This document shows, piece after piece, positions 1 to 8,671 of a stretch of DNA of 35,965 bases. The position numbers and the translations under genes are program-made. The notes under the pieces were generated by a model. That model made no database searches. It saw only the letters and a list, made by a program, of their open reading frames with translations, and was not told the DNA's origin. Source of the DNA: Ilumatobacteraceae bacterium (lineage in GTDB: Bacteria > Actinomycetota > Acidimicrobiia > Acidimicrobiales > Ilumatobacteraceae); contig JBIIHV010000001.1 in NCBI GenBank assembly GCA_044235415.1, forward strand, positions 1 through 35,965, read 5' to 3'. Positions within the stretch are counted from its first letter, which is position 1, and every line of letters starts with the position of its first letter.

Positions 1-1
1 C

Positions 2-409
2 AAGGCGTGGGCCTCGCTCGGCCGTCCGCTCGATCCGATCACCCAGGACTCGTGCATCTTCTACGAGGACCACGTCGTCGTGGCCGAGCAGGGCGGCGCG
101 GTCGTGTGGGAGGTGGAGGCGGGCCGTGAATTCGCCTCGAAGTTCACGTCGGGCAAGGCCGCGATCCACCAGAACCACGGCCTCTTCACCGTGGGCACGA
201 CGGTCGAAGCCGCCGCGTTCTGGTTCATCACCATGGAGCGCTCGTGCCAGGCGCAGCTGCTCGCCGAGGCGGCCGGCACGCCGAAGCTCATTCCGCACGA
301 GATGGCCTCGTACACCGCGCGCCTCACCGGCTTCCCCGAGGCGGGCTGGTTCCAGGCCCAGCCGCTCTTCCAGGAGATCCTCGCCTCGGATCCCGAACTC
401 GTCGAGTGA
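2..409 (+). CDS. class II aldolase/adducin-domain protein, C-terminal part (5' end lies outside the window)
   Basis: The frame is open from the window edge to TGA 407-409. The translation ...AIHQNHGLFTVGTTVEAAAFWFITMERSCQAQLL... resembles the C-terminal half of class II aldolase/adducin-family proteins. Third positions are G/C-dominated. Confidence 0.7.
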   Translation, partial: KAWASLGRPLDPITQDSCIFYEDHVVVAEQGGAVVWEVEAGREFASKFTSGKAAIHQNHGLFTVGTTVEAAAFWFITMERSCQAQLLAEAAGTPKLIPHEMASYTARLTGFPEAGWFQAQPLFQEILASDPELVE

Positions 410-1281
410 CGCTCGCGCGTCCGAGGCCGCTGGCCGGGCTGCCGCCCGAGCCCTTCTTCGTCCTGTCCGCGTCCGCCCAGTACCTCGGCGCGGTGGTCGC
501 AGTGCGGCTCTTCGACGACCTCGCTCCCGCCGGCGTCGCCTGGCTGCGCGTCGTCGGGGCTGCGATCGTGCTCGTCGCCGTGTCGGCGCCGAGGCTTCTG
601 CGGGGCGGCCGGTGGACGGCAGCCGAGGTGGGTGCCGCAGCGGTGTTCGGCGCGGCCGTGGCGTTCATGAACCTGACCTTCTACCTCGCCATCGACAGGA
701 TGGACATGGGCAAGGGCGTCGCGATCGAGTTCATCGGCCCGATCTGCGTCGCCGCGCTCGCAACGCGCACGCGCCGCAACACCTGGGCGCTCGTCTTCGC
801 CGTGGGCGGCGTCGCACTGCTGTCCGGCCTCGAGATCGACCGCGAGCCGCTCGGCCTGCTGTGGATCTTCCTCGCCTCGGCGTGCTGGGCCGCGTACATC
901 GTCGTCGGCGCACGGGTCGCACGCCTCGACCGCGGGCTGGCGGGGCTCGGTGTGGGGCTCGTGTTCGGCGCCGTGCTGATCGCGCCGTTCGGCGCGCCGT
1001 CGAGCGGCCCCGCGTGGTCGTCGCCCGCCCTGCTGCTCGCGGCGATGTCCGTCGGCGTACTGTCCAACGTGATCGGCTACGGCCTCGAGCAGTCGATCCT
1101 GCGGGCCATCCCCGTCCGCCGCTTCTCGGTGCTCCTCGCGCTGCTGCCCGTGACCGCCACCGTGTTCGGAGCGGCCTTCCTCGACCAGATCCCCTCCGCC
1201 GCGGACCTCGTCGGCATCGGGCTCGTCCTCGTCGGCGTCGTCGTGCAGCAGCGCGACGTCATCGAACCACCGGCGGACTGA
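406..1281 (+). CDS. EamA/DMT-superfamily transporter
   Basis: GTG 406 overlaps the upstream stop (GTGA). The product is hydrophobic throughout with about 10 helices and two EamA-like halves (FYLAIDRMDMGKGVAIEFIGPI / GYGLEQSILRAIPVRRFSVLLALLPV). The track ORF start at 244 lies inside the preceding gene. Confidence 0.8.
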   Translation: MTLARPRPLAGLPPEPFFVLSASAQYLGAVVAVRLFDDLAPAGVAWLRVVGAAIVLVAVSAPRLLRGGRWTAAEVGAAAVFGAAVAFMNLTFYLAIDRMDMGKGVAIEFIGPICVAALATRTRRNTWALVFAVGGVALLSGLEIDREPLGLLWIFLASACWAAYIVVGARVARLDRGLAGLGVGLVFGAVLIAPFGAPSSGPAWSSPALLLAAMSVGVLSNVIGYGLEQSILRAIPVRRFSVLLALLPVTATVFGAAFLDQIPSAADLVGIGLVLVGVVVQQRDVIEPPAD

Positions 1282-1369
1282 ACCGCACGGCGGGTTCGGG
1301 CTCGATCCGCCACCGCCCCGGAGCGGACGGGTACCCTTGCGGCGGGCGGAGTTGAGGAGAGAGCTCAAC

Positions 1370-3691
1370 GTGCGCGTATCCACAAAGGTCCTGGCCATCG
1401 CCGTCACGGCGGGCCTCGTTGCCCCGGTCATGCCGGCGTCCCCCGCTCAGGCGAGCCCCGGCGGACCGTCGGTCGTGGTGACGGGCCGCGGAAACGGCCA
1501 TGGGCGCGGGCTCAGCCAGTACGGCGCCTACGGATGGGCCGTCGCGAACGGCTGGACGTGGCAGCAGATCGTCTCCTTCTACTACCCCGGGTCGTCCCCG
1601 GCCCCGCTCGCCGATCCCGAACAGGTGATGACCGTCCATCTCTCCACGATGAACGACCTGCCCACCTCGGTCGTCGCCGATGCCGGCAACGCCGTCCTCG
1701 TGCAGGACCCCGTGCCAGGGCGCACCTGGACCTCGCTCGTCGCCCGCGAGATCGCTCCCCGCACCTACCGCGTCTGGGGCTCGACGGAGCGCAGGTGCTC
1801 CCTCGGCGACCCCGCCGCCGACGGGTTCGTGCTCGTCGCCGACGTGCAGGATGCCGTGTCGTTCACGACCACCACCGGCACCGACCCCGCGTCGCCGGCC
1901 GAGACGCAGATCGGCCTCTGCGAACCCACCGCCGGACGGGTGCGCGTGCGCTACTACCGGGGCGAGGTACGCGCGGTGAACAACGTGCGGGGCGAGAACC
2001 GCACCATCAACGCGGTGCGCATGGAGAGCTACCTCCGCGGCGTCGTGCCGCGCGAGTCGCCGTCGTCATGGGGTGCCGCCGGCAACGGCGCGGGCATGCA
2101 CGCGCTGCGCGCGCAGGCCGTCGCGGCGAGGTCGTATGCCGCGACCGAGAACAGGTACGCGGGGCTCGCCCGTACCTGCGACACCGAGTCGTGCCAGGTG
2201 TACGGGGGTGCGATGCTGCGGGAGGCGCTCAATGCACCGGCTGCGGTGCTCGAGGCTCCCGCCACCGACGCGGCCATCGCCGAGACGTACGGGATCGCGA
2301 TGATCGCGCCGAACGGCTCGCCCGTCCGCACCGAGTTCACGTCGTCGAACGGCGGTCGCACCGCGGGTGGAACGTTCGCCGCGCAGGCCGATGCCGGCGA
2401 CCTCGCATCCGACGCCGCCAATCCGCTGCTCACCTGGACACGGGTGCTCACGGCAGCGCAGATCGCGGCGAAGTACCCGCAGATCGGCGCATTCACCGGC
2501 ATCCAGACCGTCCACGACGGCCTTGGCGGCGAGTGGGGCGGCTACACGACGACCGTGCGCATCTCCGGTACCGCGGGCAGCGCATCCGTGAGCGGCTGGA
2601 CCTTCCGAGGCGCATTCGACCTTCCCGCCCCCTGGTTCGCGGCGCGTCCCGTGGCGGGAGCGGACCCCGGGGCGGCGCCGACGGGCCCGATGCTGTTCAT
2701 CGGCGACTCCGTCGGCGAGAGCATCGCCGCCGAGTTCGCCGCCATCGTCGCGCCCGCCTATCCCGGCATCGACTACCGCGCGAAGGCCAACCGCTGCATG
2801 GTCGGAGCGACCTGCATCCTCGCGGACGCGCCCGACGCGCTGACGATCGTGAACTCGATCGACCCGGCGAACGCGCCCAAGGTCGCGATCATCCAGCTCG
2901 GCTACAACGACGACCCCGGCAACTTCGCCAGCGAGGTCGACCAGGTCGTCGCGGCACTGAACGCCCGCGGCACCAACCGGATCGTCTTCGTCAACCTCTC
3001 CGTGCGGCGCACCGACCGCGCCTTCGCCACCTCGAACGCGGTCCTCGCCGCGGCGGCCCAGCGTCATCCGAACGTCTCCGTGCTCGACTGGAACGCCGCG
3101 TCGATCGCGCCGTCGCAGTCACGGTGGTTCCGCGACGGCGTGCACCTCACGTCGACCGGCCGCGTCGAGTTCGCCCTCTTCCTGCGCCAGCAGCTCGACG
3201 CCCTGCGCGCGGCGGGCGCGTTCGGACCGCCGACCGTCGTGGCCACCGGCATGGCGGTCCCCCTCGTGCAGGGGAACCGCGGGCCGTTCGTCGCCCAGTT
3301 GCAGAAGGCGCTGAACGCATACCTGGCCCTGCCGAAGTCGCGGCGGCTGCGGGCCGATGGCGTCCTCGGCAAGGGCACGGTGCGCGCGATCTCGGAGGCA
3401 GAGGCGCGCGCGGGTCTACCAGTGGACGGCGTCGCCGACGCGGCACTGCTGCAGGCGGTCGGCGTCAACCCCGCGGGCTTCGTCCTGCGCCGTGGCTCGC
3501 GCCACGAGTCCGTGGCAGCCGCACAGACGGCGCTGTACCGCGTGCTCGGCGTCGCAGCGACGCCGGACGGCGCATTCGGTCCCGGCACCGAGCGGCTCGT
3601 TCGCCGGTTCCAGCAGCAGGCCGGACTGCCCGTCACCGGGCGGATCGATGCGGCGACGTGGCAGGCGCTCGCCGCAGCCGCAGCCCGCTGA
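1370..3691 (+). CDS. secreted multidomain cell-wall protein: SpoIID/LytB domain + SGNH/GDSL hydrolase domain + two PG_binding_1 repeats
   Basis: GTG 1370 is preceded by GAGGAG (1355-1360, 9-nt spacer). A TTG at 1337 is an alternative start. Signal peptide: VRVSTKVLAIAVTAGLVAPVMPASPAQA. SpoIID motifs: GHGRGLSQYGA, YLRGVVPRESPSSW, ALRAQAVAARSYA, TCDTESCQVYGG. SGNH blocks: FIGDSVGES, LGYNDD, DGVHLT. Two PG-binding repeats: ADGVLGKGTVRAI and PDGAFGPGTERLVRRFQQQAGLPVTGRIDAATW. Confidence 0.85.
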   Translation: MRVSTKVLAIAVTAGLVAPVMPASPAQASPGGPSVVVTGRGNGHGRGLSQYGAYGWAVANGWTWQQIVSFYYPGSSPAPLADPEQVMTVHLSTMNDLPTSVVADAGNAVLVQDPVPGRTWTSLVAREIAPRTYRVWGSTERRCSLGDPAADGFVLVADVQDAVSFTTTTGTDPASPAETQIGLCEPTAGRVRVRYYRGEVRAVNNVRGENRTINAVRMESYLRGVVPRESPSSWGAAGNGAGMHALRAQAVAARSYAATENRYAGLARTCDTESCQVYGGAMLREALNAPAAVLEAPATDAAIAETYGIAMIAPNGSPVRTEFTSSNGGRTAGGTFAAQADAGDLASDAANPLLTWTRVLTAAQIAAKYPQIGAFTGIQTVHDGLGGEWGGYTTTVRISGTAGSASVSGWTFRGAFDLPAPWFAARPVAGADPGAAPTGPMLFIGDSVGESIAAEFAAIVAPAYPGIDYRAKANRCMVGATCILADAPDALTIVNSIDPANAPKVAIIQLGYNDDPGNFASEVDQVVAALNARGTNRIVFVNLSVRRTDRAFATSNAVLAAAAQRHPNVSVLDWNAASIAPSQSRWFRDGVHLTSTGRVEFALFLRQQLDALRAAGAFGPPTVVATGMAVPLVQGNRGPFVAQLQKALNAYLALPKSRRLRADGVLGKGTVRAISEAEARAGLPVDGVADAALLQAVGVNPAGFVLRRGSRHESVAAAQTALYRVLGVAATPDGAFGPGTERLVRRFQQQAGLPVTGRIDAATWQALAAAAAR

Positions 3692-3733
3692 CCGGTACGG
3701 CGCCGCACCGGCGCGCGCCGTCGTCGGGCGCCG

Positions 3734-5491
3734 TCAGTCCGCGAGTGCGGCGGCGAAGCGCTCGTTCCACGCCTCGTCGCTGACCATCGTCGCGTACGCG
3801 TCGCGGTAGCGGCGCTTCAGCGCGCCGTACGTGCGCGCAGTGCGCAGCACCTCGCGGACGATCTCGACGGCGAGGCGCGCGAACCGCCTGCCGTCGCGCC
3901 GAACGACGTAGCCCTCCGAGGCGCGATCGTGGCGGTAGAGGATCTGGTTGCGGAAGGTGGAGAGTCCAACGGCGCGGGCATCGATGCGCGCGACCGCCAC
4001 ATCCTTCCTGCGGAGCCACGGCGGCAGCACGTAGCCGCCGACGAGCAGCACCGCGACGACGAAGCCCACGAGCCGCACCGGCTTCGGCCACTCGCGCCGC
4101 CCGGGGAGCGCAGCCAGCTCGGGCGGCAGCGGCGCCGCCTTCTCCTCCGTCACCGTGCGCAGGTCGTCGTGGAGCGCCGGGTGGTCGATGGCCATCCATG
4201 CCTCGGGTCCCTCGAGGAAGTCGCGCAGCCCGCGCAGCATGTACTCGGTCGACGCGTACCGCATCGAGAACAGGTTGCGGAACCCGAACGAGGCGAAGCG
4301 CCACGCGAGGTGCCACCAGCGGTGCCGGTCGAACACCAGCGCCTCGACGAGCGCGAGGTTGCGGGCCTCGTAGTAGAGCGACGACGGGTTGTTCTTCAGG
4401 CCGAAGTCGGCGTGCCAGACCACGATGCCGTTGAGTGTCACGGTGTGCCGGCCGGTGTGCATCAGGCCAAACCCGACGTCGTCGCCCCGCACGAACACCG
4501 GCAGCGGGTTGTCCCGCGTGATGCCGACGGGGAACGCCGTGTACCACCACGCCGTGTAGGCGAAGCGGTGCTCGGGCTCGTCGGCCAGCGCGATCGACCG
4601 GTCGCGCAGGTCGTCCTCGCGGCCGACCGCCCGCAGGGGATAGATCGATTCGAACCGGTAGTCCGACCCAGCCTCGAACTGCATCCACGGACGCTCCTCG
4701 CTGAGCATCGCGCCGTGGACGCAGAGCCGCTCGTCGCGCGCGTGGGCGAAGAGGGCGACGGTGCGCACGATGGCCTCCGGCTCGAGGGTGATGTCGTCGT
4801 CCATCAGCAGGATGTGCGTCGCCCAGCCCTGGCGGCGCAGTTCCATGATCCCGCGCGCGAACCCGCCCGCCCCGCCGAGGTTGCCGTTTTCCAGCACCTG
4901 CAGCGGGGCGTCCCCGGGTGCATCGAACGACACGTTGCGCGCGTTGTCCACCACCAGCACGCGCAGCGCGCCACGGAGCGACGGCTCCTCGTCGAGCAGG
5001 GCCAGCACGTTGCGGACCGTCGCGGTCACGTACTGCTGACGGTTGAAGGTCGTGATCGACAGCGACAACCGGACGTCGCGCCCGGTCGGGCCCGACGTGG
5101 TCCATCGCCCGCCCGTCACCGTCGCCGCCTCCGTCGCGCGCACGCGCACCCAGAGCACGCCCCCAGCCGACGCCTGCACGTCGCCGACCGCGATCGCCTC
5201 GCCCAGCCGACCCGTCGCCACGATCCGCTCACGGCTCCGGACCGTCTCCACGACCTCGACCTCCGCGCCGCCAGTACCCTCGACCACGAGGGACAGCGCG
5301 CCGACCGAGGTCAGGCGCCGCCACCTCCCGACTGCAAACGCACCGAACGACGTGTCGAAGGTTGCGGTGCCGCCCGCGGCGAGCACGACCTCGCCGTCGG
5401 CGAGGCGGGCGCCGTCGCCGATGCGCACGTACAGGAGCGGCTCGGGACATCCGTGCCGAGGCACGACCAGGCGCTGCAGCAGCTGCGTCAC
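3734..5491 (-). CDS. GT2-family glycosyltransferase, GlfT2-like (galactofuranosyltransferase-like)
   Basis: 585 aa. The GTG start overlaps the glf stop (GTGA at 5488-5491). It has an N-terminal beta-rich domain (FDTSFGAFAVGRWRRLTSV) followed by a GT-A core (LSITTFNRQQY, VLVVDNARN, LLMDDDITLEPEAI). The position directly after UDP-galactopyranose mutase matches the glf-glfT2 pairing of mycobacteria. Confidence 0.7.
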   Translation of the reverse strand: MTQLLQRLVVPRHGCPEPLLYVRIGDGARLADGEVVLAAGGTATFDTSFGAFAVGRWRRLTSVGALSLVVEGTGGAEVEVVETVRSRERIVATGRLGEAIAVGDVQASAGGVLWVRVRATEAATVTGGRWTTSGPTGRDVRLSLSITTFNRQQYVTATVRNVLALLDEEPSLRGALRVLVVDNARNVSFDAPGDAPLQVLENGNLGGAGGFARGIMELRRQGWATHILLMDDDITLEPEAIVRTVALFAHARDERLCVHGAMLSEERPWMQFEAGSDYRFESIYPLRAVGREDDLRDRSIALADEPEHRFAYTAWWYTAFPVGITRDNPLPVFVRGDDVGFGLMHTGRHTVTLNGIVVWHADFGLKNNPSSLYYEARNLALVEALVFDRHRWWHLAWRFASFGFRNLFSMRYASTEYMLRGLRDFLEGPEAWMAIDHPALHDDLRTVTEEKAAPLPPELAALPGRREWPKPVRLVGFVVAVLLVGGYVLPPWLRRKDVAVARIDARAVGLSTFRNQILYRHDRASEGYVVRRDGRRFARLAVEIVREVLRTARTYGALKRRYRDAYATMVSDEAWNERFAAALAD

Positions 5492-6639
5492 GCCGTCCCC
5501 AACGGGTGCACCGAGAACGTCGGCAGCGGCGAGCCGGCGTCGAGCGCCGCCAAGACGGCCCGTGCGCAGCCGAGCGCCTCGTGGATCGTGACGTCCATGT
5601 CGAGGTAACGGTAGGTGCCCAGGCGGCCCATGAAGGTGACGCCCGGCGTGCGCTCCGCGAGGCGCACGTACTCGAGCAGCTGCTCCTTCTCCTTCACCAG
5701 GCGGATCGGGTAGTACGGCACGTCACCCTCGCCACAGAGCCGCGAGTACTCCCGGTACAGCACCGTCGCTGCGTGGTCCTCCCACGGCGCGAAGTGCTTG
5801 TGCTCGGTGATGCGCGTCCACTGCACGTCGGCGTCGCAGTAGTTCATCACCGGGCAGCCCTGTGCGTCACCCGCACGAACCTCCCGCTCGAAGTCGAGCG
5901 TCCGGTAGCCGAGCCGGCCGCTGGCGTGCCCGAACCACGCATCGATCGGCCCCGTCCACACGACGTGGTCGAACGAGCCACCGGGCCACGGGGTCGAGAG
6001 GTGCACCGAGACGCCCGGATGGTCGAGGATGGCCTCGACGATCGGCGTGTAGCCGTGGCGCGGGATCGCCTGCCACGGATGGTTGAAGTACGAATCGTCG
6101 TAGGTGAAGCGCACCGGCAGCCTCGCGAGGATGCTCGCCGGCAGCTCGGCGGGGTCGACGCCCCACTGCTTGCGGGTGTAGCCCGCGAAAAAGGCCTCGT
6201 AGAGCTCGCGCCCGACGAAGGCGAGCGCCTGCTCCTCGAACGTGGACGGCGCGGACTCCCGCGGCTCGGCCTTCGACCGGATCAGTGCGGCGGCCCCCTC
6301 GGGGTCGAGCGCTGTGCCGAAGAACTGGTTGATCGTGAGGAGGTTCACCGGCAGGGAGAACACCCGTCCACCCGTCGTGGCCTTCACCCGGTGGACGTAC
6401 GGCACCATCTCGCCGAAGCGCCGGATGTAGTCCCACACGTGCCCGTGCTGCGTGTGGAAGATGTGCGGACCGTAGACGTGCACCATCGGCCCCTCGGCGG
6501 AGCGCTCGGTGTGGCAGTTGCCGGCGACGTGGGGGCGAGACTCGAAGACCTCGACCCGGTGCCCCGCCTCGGCGAGTTCTCGGGCCATCACGGCTCCGGA
6601 GAACCCCGCGCCAACGACGGCGAACGACCGTGGCGCCAC
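5488..6639 (-). CDS. glf: UDP-galactopyranose mutase
   Basis: 383 aa. FAD fold VVGAGFSGAVMARELAEAGHRVEVFESRPHVAGN, then VHVYGPHIFHT and a YTRKQWG-type block. Full-length resemblance to Glf. Confidence 0.9.
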   Translation of the reverse strand: MAPRSFAVVGAGFSGAVMARELAEAGHRVEVFESRPHVAGNCHTERSAEGPMVHVYGPHIFHTQHGHVWDYIRRFGEMVPYVHRVKATTGGRVFSLPVNLLTINQFFGTALDPEGAAALIRSKAEPRESAPSTFEEQALAFVGRELYEAFFAGYTRKQWGVDPAELPASILARLPVRFTYDDSYFNHPWQAIPRHGYTPIVEAILDHPGVSVHLSTPWPGGSFDHVVWTGPIDAWFGHASGRLGYRTLDFEREVRAGDAQGCPVMNYCDADVQWTRITEHKHFAPWEDHAATVLYREYSRLCGEGDVPYYPIRLVKEKEQLLEYVRLAERTPGVTFMGRLGTYRYLDMDVTIHEALGCARAVLAALDAGSPLPTFSVHPLGTA

Positions 6640-6645
6640 GCGCCG

Positions 6646-6651
6646 AGTGTA
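6646..6651 (-). promoter_or_regulatory. putative -10 hexamer (TACACT) for leaderless glf
   Basis: On the minus strand, TACACT is followed by 6 nt (cggcgc) and then GTG 6639. No SD is present. Eight other genes in the window show the same TANNNT-N6/7-start geometry. Confidence 0.4.
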
Positions 6652-6680
6652 GGAGACGGCCGCCTAGCGGCCGGCTGCGC

Positions 6681-7847
6681 TCAGTGGGCGAGCCACGGGG
6701 CGCACGAGCCGTCGAGGTCGCGCACCTCGATGCGGTCCCTGTTGGCCCACGTCACGGCGTTCGACGGGTCGGGTCGCAGGTTGAACGTGCGGAACGACAT
6801 CTCCGTGGTGTCGACGGAGAGGATCCGGCCCCGCAGCGGTTCGCCGAGCCCGAGCAGGAGCTTGATCGTCTCCAGCGCCTGGATCGACCCGATGATGCCG
6901 GGCAGCACGCCGAGCACACCCGCCTCCGCGCAGCTCGGAGCCAGCTCCGCCGGTGGCGGTTCGGGCACCATGTCCCGGTACGTGGGACCGTGCAGCGGAT
7001 CGAACACGGTGACCATCCCCTCGAACCGGAAGATCGAGCCGTGGACGACCGGGATGCCGAGCTTCACGCTGGCGTCGTTGAGCAGGTACCGGCTCGGGAA
7101 GTTGTCCGCGCCATCCACCACCACGTCGTAGCCGGCGATGATGTCCATGATGTTCGATGCGTCGAGCCGGGTGTCGTAGGTGACGACGTCCACGTCGGGG
7201 TTGAGCAGCCTGAGCGTCTTCTTCGCCGAGTCGACCTTGCGGTCGCCGACCCGCTCGATGTTGTGCAGGATCTGGCGCTGCAGGTTGGACGCGTCGACCT
7301 CGTCCATGTCGACGATGCCGAGCGTGCCGACGCCGGCCGCCGCGAGGTAGAGCGCGGCCGGCGAGCCGAGTCCCCCGGCGCCGAGCAACAGGACCTTGCT
7401 CGACAGGAGCTTCGCCTGGCCCTCGGTGCCGACCTCGGGCAGCAGGAGGTGCCGCTGGTAGCGCGTGCGCTGCTCGGCGGAGAGCACCGCCGGTGCGCGC
7501 CACGGACGACCCTCGTCCTTCCAGCGGCCGAAGCCGCCCGCCAGCGACACCACGTCGCGGTAGCCGAGGTCCTGCAGCGTCTTCGTCGCGAACGCACTGC
7601 GCACACCGCCCGCGCAGTAGACGACGACCGGCGCCGACTTGTCGACGATGCGCGTCTCGATCTGGGCCTCGAGGTGGCCGCGCGGGATGTGCACCGCACC
7701 GGGGATCGCGCCCTGTTCCCACTCGTCGGGCTCGCGCACGTCGAGCAGCACCGTGCCACCCGCCGCCAGTCGCGATGCGGCGTCCGCCGGATCGACCTCC
7801 GTGATCTCCGACTTCGCCTGCGCCAGCAGCTCTCTGAATCCCGCCAT
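6681..7847 (-). CDS. rhodanese-domain / ThiF-MoeB (E1-like) adenylyltransferase fusion, with rhodanese at the N-terminus
   Basis: 388 aa. ATG 7847 has a GGGGGAGG SD 5 nt upstream. The N-terminal rhodanese domain has the active-site loop VVYCAGGVRS. Next come RYQRHLLLPEVG, the nucleotide loop LLLGAGGLGSP, DxDxVDASNLQRQ and the catalytic-Cys region PSCAEAGVLGV. Confidence 0.85.
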   Translation of the reverse strand: MAGFRELLAQAKSEITEVDPADAASRLAAGGTVLLDVREPDEWEQGAIPGAVHIPRGHLEAQIETRIVDKSAPVVVYCAGGVRSAFATKTLQDLGYRDVVSLAGGFGRWKDEGRPWRAPAVLSAEQRTRYQRHLLLPEVGTEGQAKLLSSKVLLLGAGGLGSPAALYLAAAGVGTLGIVDMDEVDASNLQRQILHNIERVGDRKVDSAKKTLRLLNPDVDVVTYDTRLDASNIMDIIAGYDVVVDGADNFPSRYLLNDASVKLGIPVVHGSIFRFEGMVTVFDPLHGPTYRDMVPEPPPAELAPSCAEAGVLGVLPGIIGSIQALETIKLLLGLGEPLRGRILSVDTTEMSFRTFNLRPDPSNAVTWANRDRIEVRDLDGSCAPWLAH

Positions 7848-7879
7848 GACCGCCTCCCCCGAATACCCTACCGGTTTAG

Positions 7880-8671
7880 TCAGGATTTATCGCGGTCGGA
7901 CGCGAGGATCGCAGGCAGCACGTCGCCGAGTTTCGCCTGCACGACCCCATCGGCGAGGTGGTCCATCTCGGTGGGCTGGAGATTGACGATGACCACCCGT
8001 GCGCCATGGTCGCGCGCGATCGGCACCACGAGCGCCGCCGGGTTGACGGACAGCGTCGTCCCCACGGCCAGCACGAGGTCGCACGAGCGGGCCGCGGCGA
8101 ACGCCGCTTCGATCACCTCCGGCACGAGTTGCTGTCCGAAGAAGATCGTCGCGCTCTTCAGCACGCCGCCGCACTCGGTGCACGCGGGATCCTCCTCGCC
8201 GGCCCGCACGCGCTCCAGCACGTCGGCCATCGGCCTGCGGTCGTCGCAGCCGAGGCACTCGGACGTGGCGTACGTGCCGTGCACCTCGATGACCTTCGAC
8301 GGATCGAGGCCGGCCGCCTGGTGCAGCCCGTCGACGTTCTGCGTGACGACGGACACGAGCCGGCCCTGCACGTCCAGCCCCGCGACCGCCCGGTGCGACG
8401 CGTTCGGCTCGGCCCGCCGCATCGGCGAATCCAACCGGATCCGCCACGCCCGCTTCCGGAGCTCCGGATCCGATTTGTAGTACGACAGCGTCGCGAGCCG
8501 CTCGTTGTCGGGGTTCCGCGTCCATGTGCCATCCGGCCCGCGAAAGTCGGGGATGCCGGACTCGGTGGAGATGCCCGCTCCGGAGAACACCACGATGCGT
8601 CGCGCGGCCGCGACGAGCTCTGCTGCCCGCGCAACGTCGGGAGTCACGCCCGGGCCCCGGTCGCGAACCAT
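7880..8671 (-). CDS. cobB: NAD-dependent protein deacylase (Sir2/CobB family, Zn-ribbon type)
   Basis: Motifs: GAGISTESGIPDFRG, QNVDGLH, HG, and a Zn ribbon CLGC...CTECGG. ATG 8671 is my call. GTG 8647 is an alternative start that forms a GTGA overlap with the rnhB stop. The 601-aa track ORF is an artefactual upstream extension. Confidence 0.85.
   Translation of the reverse strand: MVRDRGPGVTPDVARAAELVAAARRIVVFSGAGISTESGIPDFRGPDGTWTRNPDNERLATLSYYKSDPELRKRAWRIRLDSPMRRAEPNASHRAVAGLDVQGRLVSVVTQNVDGLHQAAGLDPSKVIEVHGTYATSECLGCDDRRPMADVLERVRAGEEDPACTECGGVLKSATIFFGQQLVPEVIEAAFAAARSCDLVLAVGTTLSVNPAALVVPIARDHGARVVIVNLQPTEMDHLADGVVQAKLGDVLPAILASDRDKS

Noticed and set aside
61-1431. 456-aa minus-strand ORF, plus 126-1355 and other overlapping ORFs at the left end.
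   Set aside because: They overlap the aldolase-like and EamA genes, which have real motifs and hydrophobic periodicity. The translations are Arg/Pro/Gly-rich.
7880-8671. Sir2-domain protein as a candidate anti-phage effector (Thoeris/DSR/SIR2-HerA-like).
   Set aside because: It is a short canonical sirtuin with a CxxC...CxxC zinc ribbon and the GAGISxxxGIPDFR motif. It has no extra sensor domains and no TIR/HerA/pAgo partner. It is embedded in a housekeeping operon.
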